Shown here: positions 39,956 to 50,663 of the stretch, one piece after another | Numbering within the stretch: the first letter of the stretch is position 1 | Layout: the number at the start of each line of letters is the position of its first letter | Source: Candidatus Bathyarchaeota archaeon | GTDB lineage: Archaea > Thermoproteota > Bathyarchaeia > Bathyarchaeales > Bathycorpusculaceae | Reading direction: 5' to 3' | NCBI GenBank assembly: GCA_963832745.1 | Contig: CAWHVC010000003.1 | Location: 384,001 to 448,000 of the forward strand | Length of the DNA: 64,000 nucleotides | Notes under the pieces: model-generated | What the model was told of the DNA's origin: nothing | What the model saw: only the letters and a program-made list of their open reading frames with translations | Databases searched by the model: none | Made by a program: the position numbers and the translations under genes

Positions 39956-41178
39956 AAAACGACCTATGGGTCGAGAAGTACCGGCCAAGCACCATAAAGG
40001 ACGTCATTGGAAATGAAGAAGCGAAAGCTCTTTTTGTTGAATGGCTGGAAAATAAGCATCACACCAAAAAAGCAGTGCTACTTTACGGTCCTCCAGGCGT
40101 AGGTAAAACCACTCTTGTTAACGCCGCCGCTAATGAGTACAATTTTAGAATCATCGAAATGAACGCTAGCGACACCCGAACAGAAAAAGCCGTAAACCGC
40201 ATAGCTGGGCCAGCCACATCGTTTGTGGGTTTGGACAAGTTTTCCAGCGACGTCAAGGGCAACATGCTGTTTATGGATGAAGTCGACGGCATAGCAGGCA
40301 ATGAAGACCGTGGTGGAGTTAGTGCAATCATAAAAATTGTGGAAAACGCCCGCACTCCAGTTATAATGGCAGCCAACGACCCAGAACTTGACAAGCTGCG
40401 ACCGCTAAAAAAAGTTTGCCTGCTTATACGGTTCCAGCAAGTCCGCGTCCCACTAATTATAACGGCACTTAAGAGGATTTGCGAGCAGGAACACATTAAA
40501 TACGAGTTTGAAGCGCTTGAGAAAATCGCTTTGAACAGCCGTGGTGATGTGCGGTCGGCTATTAATGACTTGCAGGGTTTAAGTGAGGAAGGCAAAACCT
40601 TAACGCTGCAGGATACGTTGGCGTTGGGTCTACGAAACAAGGATATCAGCATGTATGATACTTTGAAGGGTTACTTTTCTGCAAAAAACCTCGCGGAAGT
40701 TTCAAGCCTTCTCAGTTATTCAAACGTTGACTATGATGACTTGCTTATGGCAGTCGGTGACAACATGCCCCGCCGCTACAGCGACCCCGTTGAACTTGCA
40801 GAAGCATACGATTATCTTTCTCAAGCAGACGTTTTCCGTGGAAGAGTCGGAACAGAAAACTGGCATTTGCTGAAGTACTTCTTTAACAATCTTGCTCAAG
40901 CAGCAGCGGTTAACCCTGAATCATATAAGCCATTTGAGTTTATTTCGCCGCCAATTAAAGTCATAACGCTGTTTTGGACCAAAGGTAAACGTACAATGCT
41001 AGCCAGCATCTGCGCAAAAATCGGTGCTCAATGCCATGTTAGCAAGTACGAAGCAAAAATGATTTTTGTACCATACCTTAAACTGATGCTGCAAAAGAAA
41101 AAGGCAAACGAGCTTATTGAATGGCTAAAGCTTACGTCTGAAGAAGTAACTTTCTTAACAGGTTTGAAAATGTTTTAG
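39952..41178 (+). CDS. rfcL: Replication factor C large subunit
   Basis: WVEKYRP, GPPGVGKT, EMNASDTR, DEVDG. Confidence 0.96.
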   Translation: MKNDLWVEKYRPSTIKDVIGNEEAKALFVEWLENKHHTKKAVLLYGPPGVGKTTLVNAAANEYNFRIIEMNASDTRTEKAVNRIAGPATSFVGLDKFSSDVKGNMLFMDEVDGIAGNEDRGGVSAIIKIVENARTPVIMAANDPELDKLRPLKKVCLLIRFQQVRVPLIITALKRICEQEHIKYEFEALEKIALNSRGDVRSAINDLQGLSEEGKTLTLQDTLALGLRNKDISMYDTLKGYFSAKNLAEVSSLLSYSNVDYDDLLMAVGDNMPRRYSDPVELAEAYDYLSQADVFRGRVGTENWHLLKYFFNNLAQAAAVNPESYKPFEFISPPIKVITLFWTKGKRTMLASICAKIGAQCHVSKYEAKMIFVPYLKLMLQKKKANELIEWLKLTSEEVTFLTGLKMF

Positions 41179-41191
41179 GAGCACATGAAGG

Positions 41192-41530
41192 ATGGTTGTT
41201 TTAAATAAGAAGGGGTTTAAGCTCCCACGTGTCGAAAGAGAGAAATTTATTTTGCTGATACGGTTGGGATTGGATTATAACCGCGATAAAATGCTTTTCA
41301 GCATAAAAAATTACAATAATATTAACCAACTGCGTGATGCTTTACAGGACATTTTAAAATCTGAAATATTGTTCACCCAAACCTGTGTTGTATGCGGAAC
41401 AGATTTTGGTTGCAATACTTGCAAATATGCTGAGTCCTGCCCAACCAAGGATTTGCCGTTTAGCTGCGTCTGCTCTCAATGCCTTCGTCCCAAAAAGAAT
41501 GCACAACAATCGCTGCTTAGCGGATTCTAA
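41192..41530 (+). CDS. Cys-rich hypothetical protein
   Basis: C-terminal CxxC/CxxCxxxxxC/CxCxxC cluster. Confidence 0.7.
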   Translation: MVVLNKKGFKLPRVEREKFILLIRLGLDYNRDKMLFSIKNYNNINQLRDALQDILKSEILFTQTCVVCGTDFGCNTCKYAESCPTKDLPFSCVCSQCLRPKKNAQQSLLSGF

Positions 41531-41606
41531 TTTTTCATTAAAGTTCTGTTGGAAGAAAAATTTTTTACAGAAAAATTTAAGACCAGTAAACCCTATAGAA
41601 GTAGTT

Positions 41607-41918
41607 ATGTCTAGTGAGTTTGCTGATTATCTTGCGGACTTTTTGAAGAGGCAGGCAAAAAACTATAAAACTTACTTGTTGTCCGCGTTAGAAGCCCAAG
41701 ACCACTGTATCTCAATATTAGGTTCAAGTGGAGGAGTAATCAATGATTCTAAGGACATCCGCAATTTGGAGTTTCTTTGTGATGCAAAAATTTTTGAAGA
41801 GAAACTGCAGTTTTCAAGATCAGGTCGCAATGAATACAAGATTTTCTGTTTGACAGATTTAGGCGTAAAACTGGCTGAAGACTTAAAAAAAGATAATATA
41901 GTGACAATTCAGCCGTAA
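41607..41918 (+). CDS. Small wHTH-like hypothetical protein
   Basis: Start corrected to ATG41607; LEFLCDAKIFEEK...FCLTDLG. Confidence 0.7.
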   Translation: MSSEFADYLADFLKRQAKNYKTYLLSALEAQDHCISILGSSGGVINDSKDIRNLEFLCDAKIFEEKLQFSRSGRNEYKIFCLTDLGVKLAEDLKKDNIVTIQP

Positions 41919-41977
41919 ATAGTGGTTCACACCAACATTATCGGCTAAGGTTACTCTCTACATAGAAGTTAGGATTT

Positions 41978-42240
41978 TTAGCAAGTTTTGAGTTTTACTG
42001 CAAAGTCTTGTCCTTTTTGCGTCAACCTAAACACCCTAACTTGACTTTTCCCATTGTTGAGCATTTTTTCTTCGAAGATTTCGGCATCCCTTAAGAATTC
42101 CAGTTTTTTAGTTCTTGATTGGACGGTTGGTCTGCAATTAATTGTTTATCTTCATTGTTAAAGGCGTCTATAACGTATTTTTCAAGAGTGACGGCTTTTT
42201 CTGTTATGTAGGTTGTTAAATATTCGTCTAACCCTGACAT
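41978..42240 (-). CDS. Paralog of 41607-41918; frameshift in T6 run 42104-42109; not in ORF track
   Basis: MSGLDEYLTTYI...ELK-KLEFLRDAEIFEEK...FRLTQKG. Confidence 0.65.
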
Positions 42241-42417
42241 TAAGAACCCTTATCAAGAATCACGCATGTAGGAATATAAATGTGATTATGAATTGTTCAT
42301 AAAAAAGGTAAAAATATGAACATTATTTCATAAATAGAGACTAAACTCTGGACAATTAAAAAAACAAAAGAGGGCTGTTTTTAGGCAGCCACTTGCTTAA
42401 ACGCATTTACACCCAGT

Positions 42418-44508
42418 TTAAAGGAAGAACTGGATGATGATAGGCAAGAACACAAGCGTTGTCACGGACATTAACTTGATAAAGATGTTCTGTCCTGGCC
42501 CAGCTGCATCTTTCATTGGGTCGCCAACTGTGTCGCCTATAACTGCTGCTGCATGCGCTGGGCTGCCTTTGCCGCCGAATTGTCCACTTTCAACGTATTT
42601 CTTTGCATTGTCCCAAGTGTTCCCTACGTTTCCCATGAAGAGACCAAGTAGCAAGCCTGTGATGATAGCGCCAGCCACCATACCAATCATAGCTGAGGGA
42701 CCCAAAGTTATACCCACGATGATTGGTGCTAAGATTGCTACCGCGCCTGGGATGATGAGTTGCTTAAGTGCGTTGTCTGCAGTAATTTTGACGCATTGAG
42801 CATAATCGGGTTTAGCTGTTCCTTCCATTATGCCGGGGATTTGGCGGAATTGTCTGCGGATTTCTTTTACCATTCTGTCTGCACCGTTGCTTACACCTAA
42901 GACCACAACTGCAGTGAAGAAGGGCGGCATTGCTGCGCCAATTAGGATACCTGCAAATGTTCTTGCGTTAAGCAAACTCAGTATGGCGTCAGTTCCGCCT
43001 GCGATTGTGGCTGCGTATGCTGTGAAAGCTGGCAATTGCGTGATGGTTACAAAGAATGCGATTGCCGTTAGTGCTGCTGAACCGTCTGCGAAGCCTTTGC
43101 AAATTGATTTCATTGTGTTTCCGACTGAGTCAAGTTTGTCTGTGATGTCTCTTACTTTGGGGTCAAGTTTTGCTTGTTCTGCTATGCCTGCCGCGTTGTC
43201 AGTAATTGGTCCGTAAGCGTCTGCAGCTACTACGATGCCGATAATTGAAAGCATACCGACGGCTGAAATTGCTACGCCGTAGACTCCGCCCAGTAGGAAA
43301 GATGTCATTTCGGCTATGGCGATGAATATTATGGGAATAACTACGCTGTAGTGACCCATTGAGAAACCTTTTAGGATGGTCAATGCTGGCCCTTGTTCTG
43401 ATGCTGCTGCAGTGATTTTTGTTGGTCTGAAACTGCCGGAAGTGAAGTAGTTCGATGTTTGACCGATGATTACACCCGCGACTAAGCCGCTTATTAGTGA
43501 AATGAACACACCAGATGATAGAGTTTCATACCAGCCCAAACCAAGAACACCCATTAGCACAAAGAAAATTGCTGATGCAGTGACGATTGTGGCTATTATG
43601 GAAGCGCGGGTTAACGCTTTTTCTGGTGAACCTCTAACTGTGAATGTCGTAAATATTGATGAAATGATGCCGACGCCCGCGATGACTAAAGGAAGCAAAA
43701 CCCACGCCATGTTTGGAATGCCTGGTGAAATTTGAAATTCTGGAAGTACCGCGCCAAGAATCATTGTTGCAATGATTGAACCCACATAGGATTCGAACAA
43801 GTCAGCACCCATGCCTGCAACGTCACCTACGTTGTCGCCGACGTTGTCTGCAATTACACCGGGGTTTCTTGCGTCATCTTCTGGAATGTGCTCTTCGACT
43901 TTGCCTACAAGGTCTGCGCCTATGTCTGCTGCTTTAGTGAACATGCCGCCTCCGACACGCGCAAATAATGCAACAGTGCTTGCTCCGAAACTAAAGCCTA
44001 TAACTTCATTTACAACTGTGGGGGCAGTAGCAGCATCCAAACCGCCAAATAATGCAAAAACGCCCAAAACACCTAAAAGACCAATACCGACAATGCCAAA
44101 ACTTAGAACACTTCCGCCTTTAAAGGCGATGTCTAAAGCTTTTGATAAACCCTGAGTTCTTGCCGCGTTTGCGGTTCTTGAGTTAGACCGCACTGCAATG
44201 TTTAAGCCGATAAAACCGGTTGCGGCTGAACAGACTGCGCCAATAACATAAGATATTGCCATCAGGGGAGTTACAAATATGGCTATGCCGGCTGTGAGGA
44301 CGGCTACGATTATGGCAATAACGGAGTATTGTCGTTTTAGGTAAGCGGAGGCACCTTCTCTGATGTATGCAGAGATTTCTTTCATTTTATCGGTGCCTTC
44401 GTCCTGTTTTAGAATTTTCCATGAAGTGAATAATACGAATAATATGGAGAGTATTCCTGCGAGTGTTATAAACAGCGATAGCTCAAAGACGCCTATCATT
44501 TTTTCCAC
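42418..44508 (-). CDS. hppA: Membrane-bound ion-translocating pyrophosphatase, K+-independent signature
   Basis: DIGADLVGKVE, DNVGDNVGD, GNTMKS (Lys at the A/K site), GDTVGDP. Confidence 0.96.
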   Translation of the reverse strand: MEKMIGVFELSLFITLAGILSILFVLFTSWKILKQDEGTDKMKEISAYIREGASAYLKRQYSVIAIIVAVLTAGIAIFVTPLMAISYVIGAVCSAATGFIGLNIAVRSNSRTANAARTQGLSKALDIAFKGGSVLSFGIVGIGLLGVLGVFALFGGLDAATAPTVVNEVIGFSFGASTVALFARVGGGMFTKAADIGADLVGKVEEHIPEDDARNPGVIADNVGDNVGDVAGMGADLFESYVGSIIATMILGAVLPEFQISPGIPNMAWVLLPLVIAGVGIISSIFTTFTVRGSPEKALTRASIIATIVTASAIFFVLMGVLGLGWYETLSSGVFISLISGLVAGVIIGQTSNYFTSGSFRPTKITAAASEQGPALTILKGFSMGHYSVVIPIIFIAIAEMTSFLLGGVYGVAISAVGMLSIIGIVVAADAYGPITDNAAGIAEQAKLDPKVRDITDKLDSVGNTMKSICKGFADGSAALTAIAFFVTITQLPAFTAYAATIAGGTDAILSLLNARTFAGILIGAAMPPFFTAVVVLGVSNGADRMVKEIRRQFRQIPGIMEGTAKPDYAQCVKITADNALKQLIIPGAVAILAPIIVGITLGPSAMIGMVAGAIITGLLLGLFMGNVGNTWDNAKKYVESGQFGGKGSPAHAAAVIGDTVGDPMKDAAGPGQNIFIKLMSVTTLVFLPIIIQFFL

Positions 44509-44819
44509 CTTTTGCGTGTAAATGTTTCTGCATAGTGTCCGTTCACTCCCATATAAACCTATTTAATGATTGTTCATAGTTTTATTTAAAAAACAAAAAG
44601 TTTTTAATATAAACTCGTTTTTTCTGAAAAAATGTCATGGTACAGACCATTTTTGGGAACAAAACACAAATCACAAGTAGGCTTTTTATTTTTTAAAAAA
44701 ACATGTAAAAATGAACATTTGTTTTATTTATTTCATAAATCAAAAGTTTTTTCGCATGTTTGCTATTGCATAGTATTAAATACTAAACAAACGCAAAGAA
44801 GCTTTTTAGAGAAGGAGAA

Positions 44820-46439
44820 ATGGACAAAGTGAGTGAAAGAGTACATAAAAACGGTTCATACCTAAATGGAAAATCAACCGCAGGAACACACACCAGAGTA
44901 AAGGACACAAGCACAATCAGCGGCATGTGCCCAATCTGCATCCGCGACTGCCCAATCCTTTGCGAAATCAGCCTTTCAGCCTTCCGTGGAAGAGAAGCAC
45001 TCTACCCCGAACCAGCCCAATTCGGAACCAGCACTGCCGGTGCCTTGAAAAACTTTGGCCTTGACTGGTCACATTTCAGCATTCAAGCTGGACTCTTCGA
45101 TGCACAAGGAATAACTGAAACATCAGAAGAAGCCATATTCCCCAATGCCAACACAAAAGTAACCGTAGGCGGAATGCCCCTAAAACTCCCCATTTTAACA
45201 GGCGCGTTTGGTTCAACCGAAGTGGCAAGGGCAAACTGGGACGCGCTCGCCATCGGCGCTGCACTTTCCGGCGTCTCAGTTACAATTGGCGAAAACATTG
45301 CAGGCATGGATGTCCAGTCAGAACTAACGGATGGAAAAATTACCCATTCACCCGAACTTAAACGCAGAGTTGAATCTTTCCGCAAGTTTTGGGACGGAAA
45401 ATATGGCGACGTTATCATCCAAACAAACGTGGAAGACAAACGTTTAGGAATCGACGCATATGCCCTGTCCAAACTTGAAGCAAACATTATCGAACGTAAA
45501 TGGGGACAGGGTGCCAAAGCCATCGGCGGCGAAGTGCGTCTTAAAAATATTGAAAAAGCCATTTTACTAAAGAAAAGAGGCTACATTGTAATTCCAGACC
45601 CTGAAGACCCCGTGATTCAACAAGCATTCAAAGACGGCGTTTTTAACACGTTTGAACGCCACAGTCGAGTAGGCATACCTAAAGAACAAAGTTTCCTTGA
45701 AGACATAGACTGGCTACGCCATCAAGGAGCAAAAAAAGTCTTTCTAAAAACCGGCGCATATCGCCCCTCAGCTGTTGCTTACACTATGAAGTTTGCTTCA
45801 GAAGCAAAAATTGACGCGTTAAGCTTTGATGGTGCAGGTGGCGGAACAGGAATGAGTCCAGTTCCCATGATGGATGAAATGAGCATACCCACCATTTACC
45901 TGCAAGCACTCGTGTTGCAATGTGCACAGATTCTAAAGGCCAAAGGCAAATATGTTCCAGACTTGGTTATGGCAGGCGGTTTTATCGAGGAAACAAGCAT
46001 CTTCAAAACTATAGCGTTAAGCAATTTTGGTGAAGGCCCCTTGGTTAAGGCAGTTTTGATGGGTCGTTCACCAATAACAGCAGCCATGAAAGCAAGCTAC
46101 TTCAAACAACTATCGGCAGAAGGCAAACTGCCTAAAAGCTTCGAAGATAAATTTGGAGCTACACCAGACAAATTCTTCATAGCCACACCCGAGTTAAAGG
46201 CGAAGTACAGCAACCGTTTCGGCAAGATTCCGCTTGAAAGCATCGGAGTCTACACTTACCTAACAGACCGCGTCGGCGTTGGGTTAAAACAGTTGATGGC
46301 TGGCAACCGCAAATGGAACCTCAGCTTAATCAACCGCAGTGACTTGATGAGCCTAAGCACGCTAGCAACACAGGTTACAGGCATCCCGTTGGCACATGAA
46401 GTAGAAAATGATGCAGTCAAGAAAATCCTTGACTACTAA
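44820..46439 (+). CDS. FMN-binding glutamate synthase family protein (GltB domain-2 type)
   Basis: KWGQGAK, DGAGGGTG, AGG; N-terminal CxxCxxxCxxLC. Confidence 0.9.
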   Translation: MDKVSERVHKNGSYLNGKSTAGTHTRVKDTSTISGMCPICIRDCPILCEISLSAFRGREALYPEPAQFGTSTAGALKNFGLDWSHFSIQAGLFDAQGITETSEEAIFPNANTKVTVGGMPLKLPILTGAFGSTEVARANWDALAIGAALSGVSVTIGENIAGMDVQSELTDGKITHSPELKRRVESFRKFWDGKYGDVIIQTNVEDKRLGIDAYALSKLEANIIERKWGQGAKAIGGEVRLKNIEKAILLKKRGYIVIPDPEDPVIQQAFKDGVFNTFERHSRVGIPKEQSFLEDIDWLRHQGAKKVFLKTGAYRPSAVAYTMKFASEAKIDALSFDGAGGGTGMSPVPMMDEMSIPTIYLQALVLQCAQILKAKGKYVPDLVMAGGFIEETSIFKTIALSNFGEGPLVKAVLMGRSPITAAMKASYFKQLSAEGKLPKSFEDKFGATPDKFFIATPELKAKYSNRFGKIPLESIGVYTYLTDRVGVGLKQLMAGNRKWNLSLINRSDLMSLSTLATQVTGIPLAHEVENDAVKKILDY

Positions 46440-46470
46440 ACCCTCATCTTTTCATTTTTTTGTTTTTAGG

Positions 46471-46520
46471 CTATTTGGATCCTATTAGAAACTATATGGT
46501 AGAAACCTATAGAGGGTAGG
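46471..46520. repeat. Left half-site flanking the Lrp-Lrp-propeller cassette
   Basis: Reverse complement of 4521-4566 (21 bp exact, remainder similar), ends in GGGTAGG. Confidence 0.85.
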
Positions 46521-46526
46521 CCAGAG

Positions 46527-47021
46527 TTAGCTTTTTTTGGGCAAATCTAATCCGTCGCACCTGATTTGGATTTTTGGAATCAAAGAATAGCCGAAGTAAG
46601 TCTGCGGCAGTAACATGGTTTCTATGCGGTCAATCCCCTCACATTTTCTGATTTCGCCAATAATCAAAGCTATCTGCTCTAAGTCTCTAATCCTTGCCCA
46701 AACAAAAAAATCAAATTCACCCATCAATTCATTAACCAAGCACACATCCAGCACAGCCTGAAGTTTTTGGAAGAGCACCTTTTTATCTGCGCCCCTCAAA
46801 CAAGTTAACATCAGAAAAGCGGTGCCTTGCTCCCCAAGCTTGCGGCCGTCAACAAGAATAGTGATTTTATGTATGATTCCCTCATTTTTCATTCTTTCAA
46901 ATCTTTTTCTCACAGTTTCTCTTGAAACACCTATTCTTTGGCTGATTTCCGAGAAGGGCATTTGTGCATCTTTAATTAATTCAGTTAAAATTTGAGTATC
47001 GATAGCATCCATGTCCATCAA
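46527..47021 (-). CDS. Lrp/AsnC family regulator
   Basis: DAQMPFSEISQRIGVSRETVRKR, GEFD. Confidence 0.93.
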   Translation of the reverse strand: MMDMDAIDTQILTELIKDAQMPFSEISQRIGVSRETVRKRFERMKNEGIIHKITILVDGRKLGEQGTAFLMLTCLRGADKKVLFQKLQAVLDVCLVNELMGEFDFFVWARIRDLEQIALIIGEIRKCEGIDRIETMLLPQTYFGYSLIPKIQIRCDGLDLPKKS

Positions 47022-47497
47022 TTTTCAGTCACCCTTAAGTCTCTTTCAAAGCTTCTATGACGACTGCCTGTCCAAATATTCACGTTAACGCTATTTACGC
47101 CTTGAATGTTCCGAATTTTAGAAATAGTTTCGTTTAACTCGTTTATGTCATGAGTCATAATGAATATGCATAAATTATATCTTCCAATGCTCTCAGCACA
47201 AATCACTACATGTTCTATCTGCCTAATTTTGGTTTTTACTTCGCTTACTAAAGTATTGCATACGTCAACAAGCACAGTAACCTCATAGGGGTCGCCAAAC
47301 ATTTCTTTATTTAGAAGCAGAGAGGTACCGATGATTACACCATTTATTTTCAGTTTTTTTATTCTTCTCAGAACCGCTACAGGAGTTATTCCACATTTTT
47401 CAGCAATGCTTTTCTGATTTTCTCTAGCGTCGGCTAAGAGAATTTTTAAAATTTCGATATCTACTTTATCGATTTTAGCGCCCGTACTAATCCCCAA
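47018..47497 (-). CDS. Lrp/AsnC family regulator
   Basis: DARENQKSIAEKCGITPVAVLRRIKKL, GRYN. Confidence 0.93.
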   Translation of the reverse strand: MGISTGAKIDKVDIEILKILLADARENQKSIAEKCGITPVAVLRRIKKLKINGVIIGTSLLLNKEMFGDPYEVTVLVDVCNTLVSEVKTKIRQIEHVVICAESIGRYNLCIFIMTHDINELNETISKIRNIQGVNSVNVNIWTGSRHRSFERDLRVTEN

Positions 47498-47598
47498 ACC
47501 CAGCCCGTAACTATTACAAAATCATTTTACTAAAAAAACTTGCCCTAATTTTACAACAGGAGTTACAAAAAATTCAAAAAAGGCCTGTTTAAGTTAAT

Positions 47599-47668
47599 TT
47601 TTGCAACATATTTTTGTTTTGCAAAATATTCAAAAAAACACGTAAAAAATTAACTTTTGCAAAATATT
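47599..47668. promoter_or_regulatory. Three TTTTGCAA(A/C)ATATT boxes in divergent promoter
   Basis: Copies at 47599, 47617 and 47655. Confidence 0.65.
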
Positions 47669-47739
47669 TTGACATATTTTGAAAAGGCTTAAAAGGCAAA
47701 ACAAAGGAACGCTCTCTGAACGGAGGAAAAAAATTAAAA

Positions 47740-50305
47740 ATGCAAATGAAAATAAACAAAAAAAACAGAATGATACTTGCAACTATTGTAACAACGCTAT
47801 TTCTGCTGTCATCAATCGCTGCAATAATACCAGTAAATGCACAACAAATGCAAAACCCAAACACTGCCGGCGGCGCGTTACCCGCAGGAGTAAACCCTGA
47901 TGTTGTAATGGAAGGAAAAGTATTCCTCAGCTTCAGCCCTAACCCAATTGGAGTAAACCAAGAATTACTAGTCAACGTATGGAGCATACCTGCCCCCGGA
48001 GCCAACAGAGCCCACACAGGATACACTGTCACATTCACAAAACCAGACGGAACAAAAGACGTCATCGGACCCTTTAACTCATTTGTAGCAGATGGAACTA
48101 ACTGGTTCACATACACCCCAGACCAAGTTGGTAACTGGACAGTACAATTTACATATCCAGGCGACTACTATCCAGCAGGAAGATACGTCAACGGCGTTCT
48201 TAACAATTCAGCACCACCCGGATCAAGCTTCATGGACCAACGCGATTATCCAGAAACATGGTATAAACCAGCTGAAACCCCAGTACAAACACTTGAAGTA
48301 CAACAAGACCCCGTAATGTCATGGTATTCACCACTACCAACTGATTATTGGACAAGACCAATCTCTCCAGAAAACAGAGAATGGTCAGCAATCGGCGGCA
48401 ACTACCCTTACGCATACTACAACACTATGTGCCGTGATAATGGCCCATTCATCACAGCCCCAAACACATCGCACATAGTCTGGAAACAACAAGAAGCAGT
48501 AGCTGGCATTATAGGCGGTGAAGCAGGAACAATACAGCATATCAGCTCAAGCAGGCACTCCAAGCGTAATTTACCTCGGCAGATGTTACCAAACTCTAAC
48601 AGTACCAGTCAACGGCGTTCCCACAAGCTGTGCAGTATGCTATGATTTGCAAACAGGAAAACAATACTACGCCATACCGGTCGCGCAAGGCGGAGTAACA
48701 CCAACAGCAATATCTTATATTTCACCAACCGCAGTAGCAGGCATCGGAAGCATCGCTTCAGGCAGTTTCACTGTTGAATTAATAACATTAGCTGGTGGAG
48801 CAAGCATGTATGGGCCTCCAGCACCGCTGCGACTATACAAAATAGACCCATATACAGGCGCTGTCACTTTTAACATGTCACTACCTGCATTAGCATCGGG
48901 AACAATTTACAACAACGGCCTTGTACTAAGCACACAGACAATTAACGCATCACGCGGCGAATATAGGCTAATAAACTGGACTACCGCTGGATCTAGCACA
49001 AACTTTGCAACAAGAATATTCAGCAACGTAAGCTGGCCAACCAACATGGCACCTGGTGGACAGGGATTATCAGCCGATTTCAATACTGGAGTAGCGGTTG
49101 GAACAGTAGCAGGCATCTATGGATCAAACTCTAATGGAGCAGCCGTTACTGGAGGAGACTTCGGATTAGCTTCAGGCGCTTACGGAACACGGATAGTTGG
49201 AATCAGCCTAATAACAGGACAAGTACTCTACAACTTTACAACTACAGACACATCATTCCAGCCCGGAGCAAACTCTTACGTAGACGGAAAACTCCTAATG
49301 CCAATGGACATGGGCATTCTTAACTGCTATGATGTACTCACCGGAAAACTTCTTTGGACCTCTCATGATTTTGATTACCCATGGGGAGCATTCGGAGCAT
49401 ATAACGCTGAAGGAGCATACGGCTTATACTATTGGCAAACATACGATGGAGTAGTTGCATTCAACGTAAGCACAGGACAACGACAATGGAAATTCCAGGC
49501 ACCTGCACCAGCATTTGAAACGCCTTACACAATGTCTAACGGTAGTAGTCAATATGCCTTCTTTGGCGCAGCCCAGATAGCTGACGGAAAAATCTATACA
49601 TACAACACCGAACACACCGCAAGCCAACCAATCACTAGAGGTTGGAAACTCTATTGCATTGACGCATATACGGGCGAAGGATTATGGAACATCACAGGTC
49701 CAATGCAACCAGGCGCAATATCAGACGGATACCTAACCGCAGGCAACGCATATGACGGATACATGTACGTCTTTGGCAAAGGTCAATCAGCCACCACAGT
49801 ATCAGCACCTCAAACCCAAATCACCACCGAAACAAACGTCATAATTTCAGGAACCGTCCTAGACCAGTCACCAGGACAACCAGGCACACCATGCGTTTCC
49901 AAAGAATCAATGACGGGAATGATGGAATACATACACATGCAGCATCAAATGCCAGCAGACGTTATAGGCGTACCAGTATCTATTGACGCAGTTGACCCCA
50001 ATGGCAACTCAGTACATTTAGGGGATGCAGTAAGCGATGCAAGCGGCACATTCTCATACGTCTGGACCCCAACAGTGGAAGGCAACTACAAGATAACTGC
50101 AACATTCATGGGCGACGACTCATACGGCAGCAGTTGGGCAGAAACACACGCAACCGTAGTTAATGCCCCAGCAACATCACCTTCACCATCGCAGGTCAAC
50201 TTTGATTCAGTCAACAGCAACATAACAACCACAATCATAGCAGGAGTAGTAGCCATCATCATTACAGTACTACTAGTTGGTTTGCTAATACTGCGAAAGA
50301 AATAA
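47740..50305 (+). CDS. Secreted PQQ-like beta-propeller repeat surface protein with C-terminal TM anchor; +1 frameshift near 48528
   Basis: Signal peptide; repeats D..TG..LW; GYMYVFGKG; TM plus RKK; ORFs join as GGEAG-QYSISAQ. Confidence 0.85.
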
Positions 50306-50429
50306 ATCGCAAAAACCAACACCATTTTTTCTTTTTTTAAAAAAATCTAAGAAGGCATGTCTGGACTAAATTTTCAAGCCAAAATTATTTTGAAATTCAG
50401 GTGTTCAATTTCCCTATCAAATCATATAA

Positions 50430-50545
50430 GGGTAGGTCTTTTCAGTAGGGGTAGGCTCTAACTGCGTTTTTTCAACCTCAAAATTGCAAATCACTAAGGG
50501 GGGTAGGTCCGTATTGGCTAATTTTTGCGCTATTAACATGTTGAA
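50430..50545. repeat. Right half-site flanking the cassette
   Basis: 50489-50545 is reverse-complement similar to 4436-4491 (20 bp exact); extra GGGTAGG at 50430 and 50449. Confidence 0.85.
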
Positions 50546-50663
50546 AAACAGTGGTAATTATGAAAGAACGGTTTGTATACAAAAGCATCAACCAAACACA
50601 GTTTTTCACCATGGCAATTCTTATCTAGCCCCTCAGAATTACCGACAAGTATAGAAGGCACTT

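Noticed and set aside
42434-44155. Several + strand ORFs (also 40083-40652, 45083-45562, 53805-54416 on the - strand)
   Set aside because: Antisense shadows of well-supported genes (hppA, rfcL, glutamate synthase-like, mcm)
42291-44722. TGAACA/TGTTCA hexamers around hppA and the glutamate synthase-like promoter
   Set aside because: Too short in AT-rich DNA and inconsistently spaced to call an operator
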